Positions 63,860 through 64,000 of a stretch of 64,000 nucleotides of DNA are shown here, piece after piece. Origin of the DNA: Narcine bancroftii (Eukaryota). The stretch is taken from contig NC_091479.1 in NCBI RefSeq assembly GCF_036971445.1, positions 15,996,001-16,060,000 on the forward strand, written 5' to 3'. The stretch's first letter is position 1; each line of letters begins with the position of its first letter. A model generated the notes under the pieces. The model was not told the DNA's origin and ran no database searches. It saw only the letters and a program-made list of their open reading frames with translations. The position numbers were made by a program, and so were the translations under genes.

Positions 63860-64000
63860 CATAACATAACAATTACAGCACGGAAACAGGCCATTAGGCC
63901 CTTCTAGTCTGCACCGAACCAAACACCCTTTCTAGTCCCACCTCCCTGCACAATGCCCATAACCCTCCATCTTCTTCTCATCCATATACCTGTCCAACCT
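63860..64000 (-). mobile_element. CR1-like LINE 3' end
   Basis: aacaattacagcacggaaacaggcc...ccacctccctgcac. Confidence 0.6.

Noticed and set aside
55710-64000. Search for PPCDC exon 2 (V-x-VVTT..A.HF)
   Set aside because: No matching peptide recognised. It probably lies beyond the window.

Overview
Vertebrate genomic DNA. The repeat content (HE1/V-SINE, CR1/HER1, Rex1/Babar, RTE, Penelope) suggests a cartilaginous fish, which is an inference. The + strand carries the neuroplastin gene (NPTN): seven coding exons can be read by hand (499-592, 19493-19840, 27857-28028, 30308-30402, 41235-41368, 43826-44099, 53446-53470). All have GT/AG boundaries and matching phases, and together they encode a signal peptide, three Ig domains, a TM helix with the conserved Glu and part of the cytoplasmic tail. 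The last coding exon is not visible and probably lies in or beyond the 200-N scaffold gap (54085-54284). After the gap are a Gypsy remnant, a ZNF143/THAP11 promoter motif and the first coding exon of PPCDC (55623-55709). Both first exons are followed closely by kilobase-scale G-rich repeats, which explain all the long low-complexity ORFs. The introns are full of nested LINE, SINE and MITE insertions. The more unusual items are Penelope-type hammerhead ribozyme motifs, a long intronic hairpin, a 33-bp templated insertion, two 42/43-bp minisatellites and candidate alternative terminal exons in NPTN intron 6. I found no convincing novel multi-gene system. Repeat family names come from my recognition of the motifs, not from database searches, and most repeat boundaries are approximate.
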